A DNA stretch of 64,000 bases from Patescibacteria group bacterium (GTDB taxonomy: Bacteria > Patescibacteriota > Patescibacteriia > SG8-24 > DYFX01), in assembly GCA_030583805.1 (NCBI GenBank), contig CP129476.1, positions 818,497 to 882,496 on the forward strand, written 5' to 3'. Positions 46,505-55,024 of the stretch are shown one piece after another (positions within the stretch are counted from its first letter, which is position 1; every line of letters begins with the position of its first letter). A program made the position numbers and the translations under genes. The notes beneath the pieces were generated by a model, which saw only the letters and a program-made list of their open reading frames with translations, searched no databases and had not been told where the DNA came from.

Positions 46505-47905
46505 TCAGCTGCGCGTGAGCGTCTGTGCGACGGGCGTGCCCGTGATGCTGTGAGCGTTGTAATACCACGTTCCGTCGTTGCTCCAAAGCATACCGTAGCC
46601 GAGCGCGCCTCCCGTGAGGACGTTCGCCAGCGTGGTGTCCACGCCGCTTCCGGCCAGGACGCCTTCCGCGAAGCCGGCGACGTCGCGTGCCAGCGTGGTC
46701 GTTAGCGTCTCACCGCTTCCGTCAGCGCCGCTGACAGTGAGTCGAAGCTCGAGGCTGACGGTCGTGCCGGCGGCGATAATGATCGGCTGGTCGAACACTA
46801 CTCCGGCGCAGACCTCCGAGGTGCTGGCGCCAAAGCCGCAGGTCTGCCCGGCATACCCCAGATAGGAGGTTCCGGCAAGATCGCCGCCCATGCCGAGCTC
46901 ACGAATCCTCGGGGCTTCGACCGTGATGGAAGGATTCGTGTTCACATGGAACGAGAGCTTCTTCACGTGGATGTCCGCACCGGTGTCGGCAGTGATCGCG
47001 ACGCGCGCAACGACTTGCGTGCCATTGGACAGCACGTTCGTCGGCAGCGGCAGCACGGAAATGACGGGCGTCGTCATCGGGACGGACGGACTGGTCGGCT
47101 CGTTGGCCACCAGGTTCGTGAACGGCCCGACAATGCCCGTGTTCGGATGGATATCCTCTACGAGCACCGGCGTTTCGTCGTCGACGCGAACCATGTCACC
47201 CAGCATCGGCGAACCGAGTTGGATCTGGATCTCCGTGCCGTCGAGCGCGACGTTGTTCGCCGTATCTAGGTAGACGCACAACTGCGTCGGCCGATGTGCT
47301 TCGAGGAGGATGATGTCGACGAGATCGATCGGCTGATACGTATCATTGCCTGTTGCATCAACGTCGCGCGGACCGGCCACGACGTTGATCCCGTACAACA
47401 CCTTTATGTCGGTGAAGTTCGGGCGGAGCGTCGCGGCGGACGTGTCGACGAGGCCGCCGGCGGCCGTGTTCTCGCCGATGGCGGCGATAAACATCCGCAG
47501 GCGGCGTACTTCGACATCGACGTTTGCCACGGCGGTGAAGCAGAACACGGGGATGTCCTGCGCGCCGACGGAGCGCTCGTACTGGAACCCGACGTTGAGC
47601 GCCATGTCCACGCGAGCGCGTTCGACCGGCGGACTTTCGGGATCCGGCGGCTCGACCACGACGATGTTGTCGCCGCAGTCCACGGGATCGTCACCTTCGA
47701 CGGTGACGCAGCCGGTCGCGAGCTTCACGATGGCGATCGCGAGGATGTAGAACGGGAGCCCGCGAAGGCTCCACTTCAGGAGCGTGATCTCACGGGGGTT
47801 GGAGCAGACGTTCTTCATTCCGGTCTCCTTGTTGTACGGTACGGCGGTTTTTGTCTGACGATGCGGTCGTTTCCGGCATCGGGCCCCGAAACATTCGGGA
47901 GCCAA
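46505..47905 (-). CDS. Islet ORF 5: large Thr/Val/Gly-rich lipoprotein (466 aa).
   Basis: Lipobox LATGC after an N-terminal TM/signal; beta-rich repetitive composition. Confidence 0.55.
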   Translation of the reverse strand: MAPECFGARCRKRPHRQTKTAVPYNKETGMKNVCSNPREITLLKWSLRGLPFYILAIAIVKLATGCVTVEGDDPVDCGDNIVVVEPPDPESPPVERARVDMALNVGFQYERSVGAQDIPVFCFTAVANVDVEVRRLRMFIAAIGENTAAGGLVDTSAATLRPNFTDIKVLYGINVVAGPRDVDATGNDTYQPIDLVDIILLEAHRPTQLCVYLDTANNVALDGTEIQIQLGSPMLGDMVRVDDETPVLVEDIHPNTGIVGPFTNLVANEPTSPSVPMTTPVISVLPLPTNVLSNGTQVVARVAITADTGADIHVKKLSFHVNTNPSITVEAPRIRELGMGGDLAGTSYLGYAGQTCGFGASTSEVCAGVVFDQPIIIAAGTTVSLELRLTVSGADGSGETLTTTLARDVAGFAEGVLAGSGVDTTLANVLTGGALGYGMLWSNDGTWYYNAHSITGTPVAQTLTRS

Positions 47906-47962
47906 TTGCGGAAGGGGAGGTCGTCACGCTCCCCGAGACTGAGATGAAGCGCGAACGCTTCA

Positions 47963-48130
47963 GACGACGGCGGCACCGACGCTGATCGCCAAGAGGGCGA
48001 TCAAGAGCAGGACAGCGAGCACTGCGCCGTGGCCGAAGGGCCAGTTGTACGCAGCCGAGTAGCGGCTGCAGTCCTCGTACCAGGCGGTAGCCCGGATCTT
48101 CTCGGTTGAGGCGGTGATCATCTTCATCAC
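47963..48130 (-). CDS. Islet ORF 4: micro-protein with a C-terminal TM (55 aa).
   Basis: MKMITASTEKIRATAWYEDCSRYSAAYNWPFGHGAVLAVLLLIALLAISVGAAVV; its start overlaps the ORF 3 stop. Confidence 0.35.
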
Positions 48131-48132
48131 GA

Positions 48133-48285
48133 GGCCTCGTTGAAGGTGCGGATGAACTCTTCGGCGTTCTCGAGCTCCTCCTCGTCGATGAGGAAGGCGC
48201 CGTCGATGCCGCGGAGGTCGTGCGGGGCGATCTCGATGATGATCTCGATCGAAGGACCGTATTCGGTCTGGTCGTGCATGGCGTA
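48133..48285 (-). CDS. Islet ORF 3: acidic micro-protein (50 aa).
   Basis: MHDQTEYGPSIEIIIEIAPHDLRGIDGAFLIDEEELENAEEFIRTFNEAS; preceded by family-2 element copy A. Confidence 0.35.
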
Positions 48286-48299
48286 GCTCCTGGTTGGTG

Positions 48300-48406
48300 G
48301 TTGTTGTGTCGATCTGTCCGACGCTCCTGTCGCACCATGCGGCAGAAGGTCCGGATGAATCGCCCCGCGGTTGCCCGCGGGGGATGAAGCGGATGGAGCG
48401 GAAGGA
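48300..48406 (-). repeat. Conserved leader element family 2, copy A.
   Basis: cccccgcgg-gcaa-ccgcgggg hairpin, then cgattcat ... ccttct ... cgcatggtgcga ... gatcgac ... cacaac, then ATG. Confidence 0.5.
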
Positions 48407-48898
48407 TCAGCGCTGGTTGCGGAGCTGCTCGCGGATCTCGCCGTCGTAGGGGACGAGGCCGCGGCCGCGCACGAGGACGGTGACGCACGTCTTGCGATCG
48501 GGCAGCTTGCTCCGATAGCGCTGCGCGTAGTTCTCGCACGAGCGCGGGCCGTTGGGCGGCTTGCGCTCGTTGGGCGTCAGGCTGGCGAGCGTCTCGGCGA
48601 CCTTCAGGCACAACGCGTCCTTGAGGTCCTCCTCGTCCGGCACGTACGGCTCGCTCTCGTCGATGATCTGATCGACCGTTTTGAAGACCGAGGTCTTCGC
48701 GCGAAGGTCGTTGTTGCCGTGATCGAGCTCGGCGGCGTCGTAGAAGTGATGGAACGAGGGCGCGTACCGGCTGACGAAGGAACCCTTCAGGTTCTCGGCG
48801 CGCAGGCGCCGGTCGTCCATCTCGTCGAGCGGCTTCGCGTTGAGCTTGGTCAGCAACTCCATGCCGGTCTTGGTCTCGGGCTTCGAGTAGTTGGACAT
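48407..48898 (-). CDS. Islet ORF 2: hypothetical (163 aa).
   Basis: Preceded by family-2 element copy B. Confidence 0.45.
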   Translation of the reverse strand: MSNYSKPETKTGMELLTKLNAKPLDEMDDRRLRAENLKGSFVSRYAPSFHHFYDAAELDHGNNDLRAKTSVFKTVDQIIDESEPYVPDEEDLKDALCLKVAETLASLTPNERKPPNGPRSCENYAQRYRSKLPDRKTCVTVLVRGRGLVPYDGEIREQLRNQR

Positions 48899-48917
48899 GT
48901 CAGGCCTCCTGCGGTGC

Positions 48918-49030
48918 GGGGTTGTGCGGTCGATCCATTCCGGCTCTCCTCATCGCACATGCGTGAGAAGGCCCAGAGTGATCGCCCCGCGGAAGAAGTT
49001 CCGCGGGGGAGGTGAGGAAGTGGGATGCGC
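48918..49030 (-). repeat. Conserved leader element family 2, copy B.
   Basis: cccccgcgg-aacttctt-ccgcgggg hairpin, then cgatcact ... ccttct ... cgcatgtgcga ... gatcgac ... cacaac, then ATG. Confidence 0.5.
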
Positions 49031-49314
49031 TAGGCGGCGGCGAGCCAGGGGTCGTCGGCGCAGCCGAGGAAGATCGAGATGTCGTCGGTCAGCTGGGCGC
49101 TGAGGTAGCCGCCGTGCTGCTTGAGGATCACCTGAAGATCCTCGTCGGCGCCCTCGATGAGGGCTTCGGCGGCGATCTCTTCGATGACGTCATGGGTGCG
49201 CGGCGAGCACTCCTCGAACGGATCGATCTCCGCGAGGAAGTTGTAGACGAGGCTGGCAAAGGGAAGGTGCGCGTGTGCTTTCATGGTCAGCTCCGGTGTG
49301 CAGGTGGACAACAC
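49030..49314 (-). CDS. Islet ORF 1: small acidic protein (94 aa).
   Basis: First gene downstream of the consensus promoter. Confidence 0.45.
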   Translation of the reverse strand: MLSTCTPELTMKAHAHLPFASLVYNFLAEIDPFEECSPRTHDVIEEIAAEALIEGADEDLQVILKQHGGYLSAQLTDDISIFLGCADDPWLAAA

Positions 49315-49345
49315 TTCTCAGTGGCGAACAGGATTGTTCGATGAA

Positions 49346-49385
49346 CCGAATATAACACAAAAACACGCTTTTGTCAATGGTTTCC
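49346..49385 (-). promoter_or_regulatory. Consensus sigma70 promoter driving the islet.
   Basis: Minus sense: TTGACA, aaagcgtgtttttgtgt (17 nt), TATATT. Confidence 0.6.
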
Positions 49386-49519
49386 GACAGAATAAATGCG
49401 GTAAAATAAGGCTAGAAACTGAGTGCTAGCCTTAAAAACGTCAATAAAACATGAAACATATTGTGAAACAGCAGGAGCATTTTCTTGACAGGTTTTATGC
49501 CACGTGGTAGTGTGCGACG

Positions 49520-49748
49520 TTGCTTGAGCACCGCGCTCGACATCCCTGTTACAGCCCGACCGTTTTCGGACCCATTCGCATCTGGTCTCTAGAAACTCGC
49601 GCTCACGACAAGCATGGAGGTATCTCATAGGGTACTTCGGGCTCCGGCTCGAACGCTTCTATAAGACACCTTCTTGAGCGCGATTTTCTGCAGACCACTC
49701 CGAAAACAATGGAGAAGAAAAAGACCCCGCACTGCGGGGTCTTTTGTT
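49520..49748 (+). ncRNA. Candidate ~225-nt non-coding transcript (putative promoter at 49485-49518, terminator at 49717-49748).
   Basis: TTGACA, 17 nt, TAGTGT; no ORF; long-range pairing of gttttcgga (49567) with tccgaaaac (49697); terminator gaccccgcactgcggggtc followed by ttttgtttc. Confidence 0.2.
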
Positions 49749-49750
49749 TC
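49717..49750. terminator. Bidirectional terminator (VanW gene / candidate sRNA).
   Basis: aaaaagaccccgcactgcggggtcttttgttt. Confidence 0.55.
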
Positions 49751-49751
49751 G

Positions 49752-51671
49752 TTATGGCGTCGGGGGCGTGTTCGTTGCGGAGGGAAGCGGCGCAAGTTCC
49801 TTGATAGACCCGTCGCTGCCGAGCACGATGCGCGGCGCGCCTGTCTTGCCGACGAGGCACTGCTGCTGCCAAGGCTTGTAGACGCTGCGGAAGTCCTGTG
49901 CCTTCACCGTGCCGTCCGGATACGTGATCGAATAGGTGAAGTTCGTCGTTGCTCCGGCGTGCGGGGATTCGAAACATTTTTTCACGCCTTCGGCCAGCTC
50001 GGATGTTTCGATCAGCTTCGGCTCGGGCGGCGGCGTGATGTTCCAGGTTTTGATCGGGCCCTGCTTCTGCACGCGACCATCACGCGTTCCCCAGAACTCG
50101 AACCGCGCAATGTCGCCGATGATCTTCGTGATCAAGACGGCGTGCGACTGCGTGTCGTTGATGAATTTGAAATCCGGTGCCGGGTCGTACAGCGTGGCGT
50201 CGGTGCCGGCCGGTTCGTAGTAGCGCACGCGATACGAATGGTTCTGCCGTTGCGTGATCGGAAGTCCGGCGCCCATCGTGGCGCGGAACGTCGTCGTGCC
50301 GATCTGGCAGAGACCGCCGCCATATTCCGGAACGGTGCGGTTGCCCTTGATGACGAGTTCGGGCACGTAGCCGCCGGAAGCGTCGAACGGCTTCAAGTAG
50401 TCGATGAGACCGATCTCTTCTCCCGGCTTGATGATGATGCCGTTCAGGCGCGCGGCGCCGTTCGCGATGTTGATGCGGCGATTCTTCGGGCTGCCGGAAA
50501 AATTCGACGTGCCGTAGCCGAGCAGTTCCGTGATGCCGAGCTCGACGGCAATCGCGTCGGAAGCCGGAGCGGCAACGGTCGTAACGGCGATCGGAAACAC
50601 CCCGTTCTCCGACGTGTCGAACAGCTCATCGAGGCGGGCCAGACTTGTTTCCTGATCGACTGTTTTACCGAGCGAGCCGCCTTGAAAATCTTTCGCGCGG
50701 CCGTCTTCGCCGATCGTGAACCGCGTCGGTTTCGGTTCGCTCTCGATCTCTTTTGCGGCGATGGCAAGGAGCGGTTCGATGACGCTGCGTTTCAAGGTCA
50801 GGCCGATCGAACCATCTTTTTTCTTCAATAAAACAAGGGCTTTTGCGATCTCCTCTTCCGACAACGACCAGGTAAGATCGTCGTAGGCCAAGCTTGCCTC
50901 GCCGCGCGCAAGCACCTGCTTCGCGCGGTCGACGAACGCTTCGGCTTCCGCCAACGTGATGTCGGGCGCTTTCGTCGTCGCCTGCAAATCGATCGCCGAG
51001 CCTTGCCAGCGCGCCAAGCCGGAAGCGGCGTGGTCGATGGCGCTGCCGTAATCGAACGTGACGCCCGTGGAATCGGGAGAAACGAGGATGCGCCAGTCGG
51101 GGCGCGTGGCGCCGCTGGAAGAAGCGTTGTTCACGGGAACGGAAACGCGTTCGATGGTGAACGCGGCGTCGCGCGCGGGCTGCTCAAGCTCGCCGAAGCG
51201 AAGCGTAAGCAACGCCTGAAGCGCGTCCTTGTCGACGACGAGTTGCACGGGTTGCTGCACGTCGGCGAAAAGCGCGCGCATGTTGGCGGCAATCAACTCG
51301 GCTTTTCCAGCCTCGTGTCCGAAGGCGAAGGCTGTTTCCACCATGCCGTCCAGGTCGTACGTTACGGGCGATTGCGTCGGCGAAGCGGCGCTCACGTCGT
51401 TCGCGCGCACGGTCAGCGAGCGGTCCTGGTAGCGGAACTGCACGCCGGCGACGTTCAGCGCGCGCAACGCGTTTTCCAAACGTTCCTTCGCTTCCGATGG
51501 CGTGAGACCGCCGACGTCGATGCCGCCGATCGTGACGTTCGGCAAGATGCGGCCGTCCGCGCGCACGACTTGTACGGCGATAAGACCCGAAACAAGCAGC
51601 AGACAAAAAACGCCTGCAAGCACCAGGTGTCTGGGAGAACTCGGCAGGAGTTTTTTGAGGCGGTCGAACAT
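49752..51671 (-). CDS. VanW-family protein (N-terminal TM, peptidoglycan-associated).
   Basis: GGGLCQIGTTTFRATMGAGL, the VanW signature. Confidence 0.8.
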   Translation of the reverse strand: MFDRLKKLLPSSPRHLVLAGVFCLLLVSGLIAVQVVRADGRILPNVTIGGIDVGGLTPSEAKERLENALRALNVAGVQFRYQDRSLTVRANDVSAASPTQSPVTYDLDGMVETAFAFGHEAGKAELIAANMRALFADVQQPVQLVVDKDALQALLTLRFGELEQPARDAAFTIERVSVPVNNASSSGATRPDWRILVSPDSTGVTFDYGSAIDHAASGLARWQGSAIDLQATTKAPDITLAEAEAFVDRAKQVLARGEASLAYDDLTWSLSEEEIAKALVLLKKKDGSIGLTLKRSVIEPLLAIAAKEIESEPKPTRFTIGEDGRAKDFQGGSLGKTVDQETSLARLDELFDTSENGVFPIAVTTVAAPASDAIAVELGITELLGYGTSNFSGSPKNRRINIANGAARLNGIIIKPGEEIGLIDYLKPFDASGGYVPELVIKGNRTVPEYGGGLCQIGTTTFRATMGAGLPITQRQNHSYRVRYYEPAGTDATLYDPAPDFKFINDTQSHAVLITKIIGDIARFEFWGTRDGRVQKQGPIKTWNITPPPEPKLIETSELAEGVKKCFESPHAGATTNFTYSITYPDGTVKAQDFRSVYKPWQQQCLVGKTGAPRIVLGSDGSIKELAPLPSATNTPPTP

Positions 51672-52073
51672 TTAGATGATGAGTTTCACCGGAATCGCAC
51701 GCGAGTGCTGCGCTTTCGGCATGGCAATCGTGAGGACACCGTCCTTCAAGGTCGCTTTCGCTTCCTCGCTTTTCACGTCGCTCGGCAAGATAATCGTGCG
51801 GGAGAACCGGCCCCAGTAGCATTCACGGATGAAGTAGTCGCCGCGCTCGACGCGGCCTTCGTGCTCGCGCTTGCCCTTGATGGTGAGCATGTCGCGATTC
51901 AGGAAGATCTCCAGATCATCGGCTTCGACTCCGGCGATGGTCGATTTTACGACGATCGTGTTGCCTTTTTGGAAGACGTCGACTGAGAGCTGCCCCTCAA
52001 GTTCGTCCGCCAACCACGGCTCCTCGACCTTCACCGTTTCGTTTTTCCGCGCTGGTACCTTCCGTTTTGCCAT
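51672..52073 (-). CDS. Hsp20/alpha-crystallin small heat-shock protein.
   Basis: Starts at MAKRKV; alpha-crystallin domain (GVLTIAMPK ...); directly upstream of VanW. Confidence 0.85.
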   Translation of the reverse strand: MAKRKVPARKNETVKVEEPWLADELEGQLSVDVFQKGNTIVVKSTIAGVEADDLEIFLNRDMLTIKGKREHEGRVERGDYFIRECYWGRFSRTIILPSDVKSEEAKATLKDGVLTIAMPKAQHSRAIPVKLII

Positions 52074-52182
52074 ATCCCTGGGAAAGATATGAATAAGAAC
52101 CATTTTCAGTGTACTTGGTCTTTTTACGCTCCGCAAGCCCGCTTTTTGGCTCAATCTTAGCCAAAATAGTGTCAAAAACTCT

Positions 52183-52211
52183 TGACAAAACCTTTGATTT
52201 ATGCTAGACTG
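52183..52211 (+). promoter_or_regulatory. sigma70 promoter for the 52311 gene.
   Basis: TTGACA, a 17-nt spacer, TAGACT; about 95-nt leader. Confidence 0.5.
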
Positions 52212-52310
52212 CCCGGTCACGCTGGAGCCAGGCATTTTGCCTCCCAGAGACGTGATTATCAGCCTTAAACCGAGGTCGATACGTCGATCTTCGACAACCT
52301 GGAGAGTTCC

Positions 52311-53483
52311 ATGTCAGATAAGATGATCAATCTTGCGAAGCTTCTAGGTTCGCAGGCCGACAAGCTCGGCTACAAGATCGGCGGGAAACTTCCCGCCGTG
52401 ATCGAGTCGTTTCTGGACAGCCTGATCAAGAAGGGCCAGCTCGGAGAGAACCTCGAAGAGCTCATCCCGGGAGCGCATAAGGTCCTCTCGAAGGGGATCG
52501 AGTTCCTGGGCAACGTGTTCGAACTGCCGAAGGACGACATCAAGAAGGTCGTTCCCGGCTTCCTCGGCGACGTGCTCTACGAGGCGCTCAACGAAGCGGT
52601 CGATGCGATGGGGCGCGGCGCGGGCGATGCACCGAAGGCGGCCGACAAGGCTCCTGAGGACAGCAAGCCTGCGGATGCGCCGCACGCGCTCGATCCCGGA
52701 CAGATGAAGGGCTTCGTCGTCGGCGGACAGCTCCACAAGAGCAACTGCACGACGGCGTCGCGACCGCGAGGGTTCAAGGGCGAGAAGTCGCCCGAGGACA
52801 TCACGGTGCTCGATGCGATCAAGCGGCGCCACGCGCTCAGCTACTGCGGCTGCTGGGGTACTCCCTCGGAAGTCGAAGCGCTGGAAGCGCAAGTGAAGGC
52901 TTCGTTCGCACCCGCGACCGAGCCGAAGGCGACGAAGGCCGAAGCTCCGACGGAAACGCCGGCGCCCAAGCCCGAGAAGCCGAAGTACTCGCTGTTCGAT
53001 CACCTGAAGCGCTTCTACGAGGAAGATCCGTACGCGTACATGCGGACCGTGGACAACGCGTTCCGCAAGCTGATCGCCGAAGATCACGACCTCAAGGTCA
53101 AGTTCTACACGGCGTTCGAGCAGTACGACTACGCGACGTTCCTCTACGTCGTGAAGAAGCCCAACGAGTACTGGCACGCCGAGCTCGACATGCTCATCGG
53201 CCAGCCGAAGCGCGACAAGTCGATCTTGAAGCGCGAGCTGGCCGAGTTCGATCGGATGTTCGACTCCCTGTGCGAACACGTCGACGCCTTCGCCAAGTGG
53301 CTTCTCACCATCACGATGGACTCGGAAGGCAAGACCTCGAAGCAGCGCCGCGATGCTCGCAAGAAGCAGTGGAAGAAGCGCGATGAAAAGCGCGTGCTCA
53401 AAACCCGGGTGACCGGCTACGTCGTGAGCGGCCTCGCTCTCGTCGGTGTCGCCACCTACTTCATCTACAACTCGCCCCTCTGA
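52311..53483 (+). CDS. Hypothetical protein with a C-terminal TM anchor (390 aa).
   Basis: Pro/Ala/Lys-rich linker; C-terminal VTGYVVSGLALVGVATYFIY. Confidence 0.5.
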   Translation: MSDKMINLAKLLGSQADKLGYKIGGKLPAVIESFLDSLIKKGQLGENLEELIPGAHKVLSKGIEFLGNVFELPKDDIKKVVPGFLGDVLYEALNEAVDAMGRGAGDAPKAADKAPEDSKPADAPHALDPGQMKGFVVGGQLHKSNCTTASRPRGFKGEKSPEDITVLDAIKRRHALSYCGCWGTPSEVEALEAQVKASFAPATEPKATKAEAPTETPAPKPEKPKYSLFDHLKRFYEEDPYAYMRTVDNAFRKLIAEDHDLKVKFYTAFEQYDYATFLYVVKKPNEYWHAELDMLIGQPKRDKSILKRELAEFDRMFDSLCEHVDAFAKWLLTITMDSEGKTSKQRRDARKKQWKKRDEKRVLKTRVTGYVVSGLALVGVATYFIYNSPL

Positions 53484-53494
53484 AAGGAGCTGGC

Positions 53495-54805
53495 ATGTCT
53501 GACAACGACAAGAAGAACGGCTTCGTCGAGAAGCATGGTAGTACGCTGCTCTGGATCATCGCCGGCATCGGCGCGATCCTGGCACTGCCTCAGGACAAGA
53601 TCGTGAAGAAGTTCCTGCCCGCGGCCAAGAACGCGCTGTTCGCCCTCTTCAAGGTCGGCGGCGATCTGACGCTCGAGGGCTTCGAACTCGCGCTCAACTG
53701 GCTCAACGAGCACTGGCGCAACTTCAAGATCTCGGTCCTGATCTGGTCCGCCTTCGCCATCTCCGTGATGGTGCTCGGCGTCCATCTGCACAACCATGGG
53801 TACCCGTCCGGCGGCCAGACGGTCGCAGTGATTGGTGCCCTGCTGCTGCAGCTCGTGTTCGCCATCGTGCTGTTCGCTTCGGCGGTCTTCGCGAAGATCC
53901 TGATGTTCAAGCTCGGCTTGTTCAAGCAGGTGCTGAAAGGCAAGAACACGGAAGCCGAGAAGCTCGAGCTCAAGGAGCGTCACAGGAAGTATCAGTGGAT
54001 CATCTTCGCGATCTTCACGATGTTCAGCATCGCGTTGGTCCCCTTCCAACTCTTCGTTTCGTGGGAAGTGCTCGGCCTGACCGTGAAACTGACAGGTCTG
54101 GCCATGCCGGCGATCTTGATCGCTATCGGCAGGGGGAAGAAGGTGGGTCTGGTCTTCGACATGGTGCTGAACGTGCTGATCGGGATCATCATCCTGACGC
54201 TGATCGCCTTCGTGTTCAACAAGTACTTCCCGAGGTCGCTCGGCACCATCCGCATCGGTAACCTCGATGAGTGGATGGGGAATCTGAACACGACCTTGTG
54301 GGTTCTTGGACTGAATGCGCTTGGTTTGCTCGCGCTCTGGTTGTACGGTCGGTTCGACAAGGATGAGCTTCGCGGTATGGCAAAGATGAGAGCGGCCATC
54401 GTGCTCGCGCTCCTCTGCGTCCCGCTGCAGGCCTTCCTGATGTACCGCGGTACGACCAACTACAAGGACGCGACGAACCATGAACCGCCGAACGTGAGCG
54501 AGAAGCTCGACGCCATCAAGAAGGTGTTCCAGTCGGACGACGACGGTTCAGGCAGTAGCAGGAACGTACGGCGCGACCCGCGCACGCAGGTGCCGGCTTC
54601 CCGAGCCGGCACAGGAGTGCACATGGCGCCACCTTCTCGGAGTACCGTGATCAGCACGCCGGAGCGGAAGGTGCCATCCAAGAAGGTGGTCATCGTCCGA
54701 CCCGCGGCGCCGAAGAAGCCGCTGCCTCCGCCGCCCAAGGCAAAGTCCTACGAGGACGATCCTGGGGCGGCGATCGCCGACCTCGAAGCGCTCTACGGCC
54801 AGTAG
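53495..54805 (+). CDS. Polytopic membrane protein with a Pro-rich C-terminal tail (436 aa).
   Basis: About 8 TM helices; C-terminal KKPLPPPPKAKSYEDD. Confidence 0.5.
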   Translation: MSDNDKKNGFVEKHGSTLLWIIAGIGAILALPQDKIVKKFLPAAKNALFALFKVGGDLTLEGFELALNWLNEHWRNFKISVLIWSAFAISVMVLGVHLHNHGYPSGGQTVAVIGALLLQLVFAIVLFASAVFAKILMFKLGLFKQVLKGKNTEAEKLELKERHRKYQWIIFAIFTMFSIALVPFQLFVSWEVLGLTVKLTGLAMPAILIAIGRGKKVGLVFDMVLNVLIGIIILTLIAFVFNKYFPRSLGTIRIGNLDEWMGNLNTTLWVLGLNALGLLALWLYGRFDKDELRGMAKMRAAIVLALLCVPLQAFLMYRGTTNYKDATNHEPPNVSEKLDAIKKVFQSDDDGSGSSRNVRRDPRTQVPASRAGTGVHMAPPSRSTVISTPERKVPSKKVVIVRPAAPKKPLPPPPKAKSYEDDPGAAIADLEALYGQ

Positions 54806-54852
54806 TACCCCCTCCGGAACTCTCCAGTCCCACCGTTCTTTCCCTCCGTCTC

Positions 54853-54890
54853 AGAACGCCTGCCAGCCCAAATGGCAGGCGTTTTCATTT
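54853..54890 (+). terminator. Intrinsic terminator.
   Basis: aacgcctgcca-gcccaaa-tggcaggcgtt followed by ttcattttg. Confidence 0.5.
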
Positions 54891-54902
54891 TGTCGTAAAC
54901 CA

Positions 54903-54931
54903 TTGACAAAAACGCCATTTCATGCTATCCT
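54903..54931 (+). promoter_or_regulatory. sigma70 promoter for the lipoprotein genes.
   Basis: TTGACA, a 17-nt spacer, TATCCT; structured ~90-nt leader. Confidence 0.5.
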
Positions 54932-55024
54932 GAAGACACTTCGGGGCCGGCAATTCTGCTAAAACAAGCCCCGAAACAGCCCTTTTCCCGGTCAATTTCC
55001 ACGCTTCGTGGAGAAAGGTACGTC

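Noticed and set aside
45189-46553. 454-aa plus-strand ORF spanning the islet.
   Set aside because: Antisense to islet ORFs 6 and 7 and runs through both intergenic palindromic elements. Gly/Arg/Leu low-complexity.
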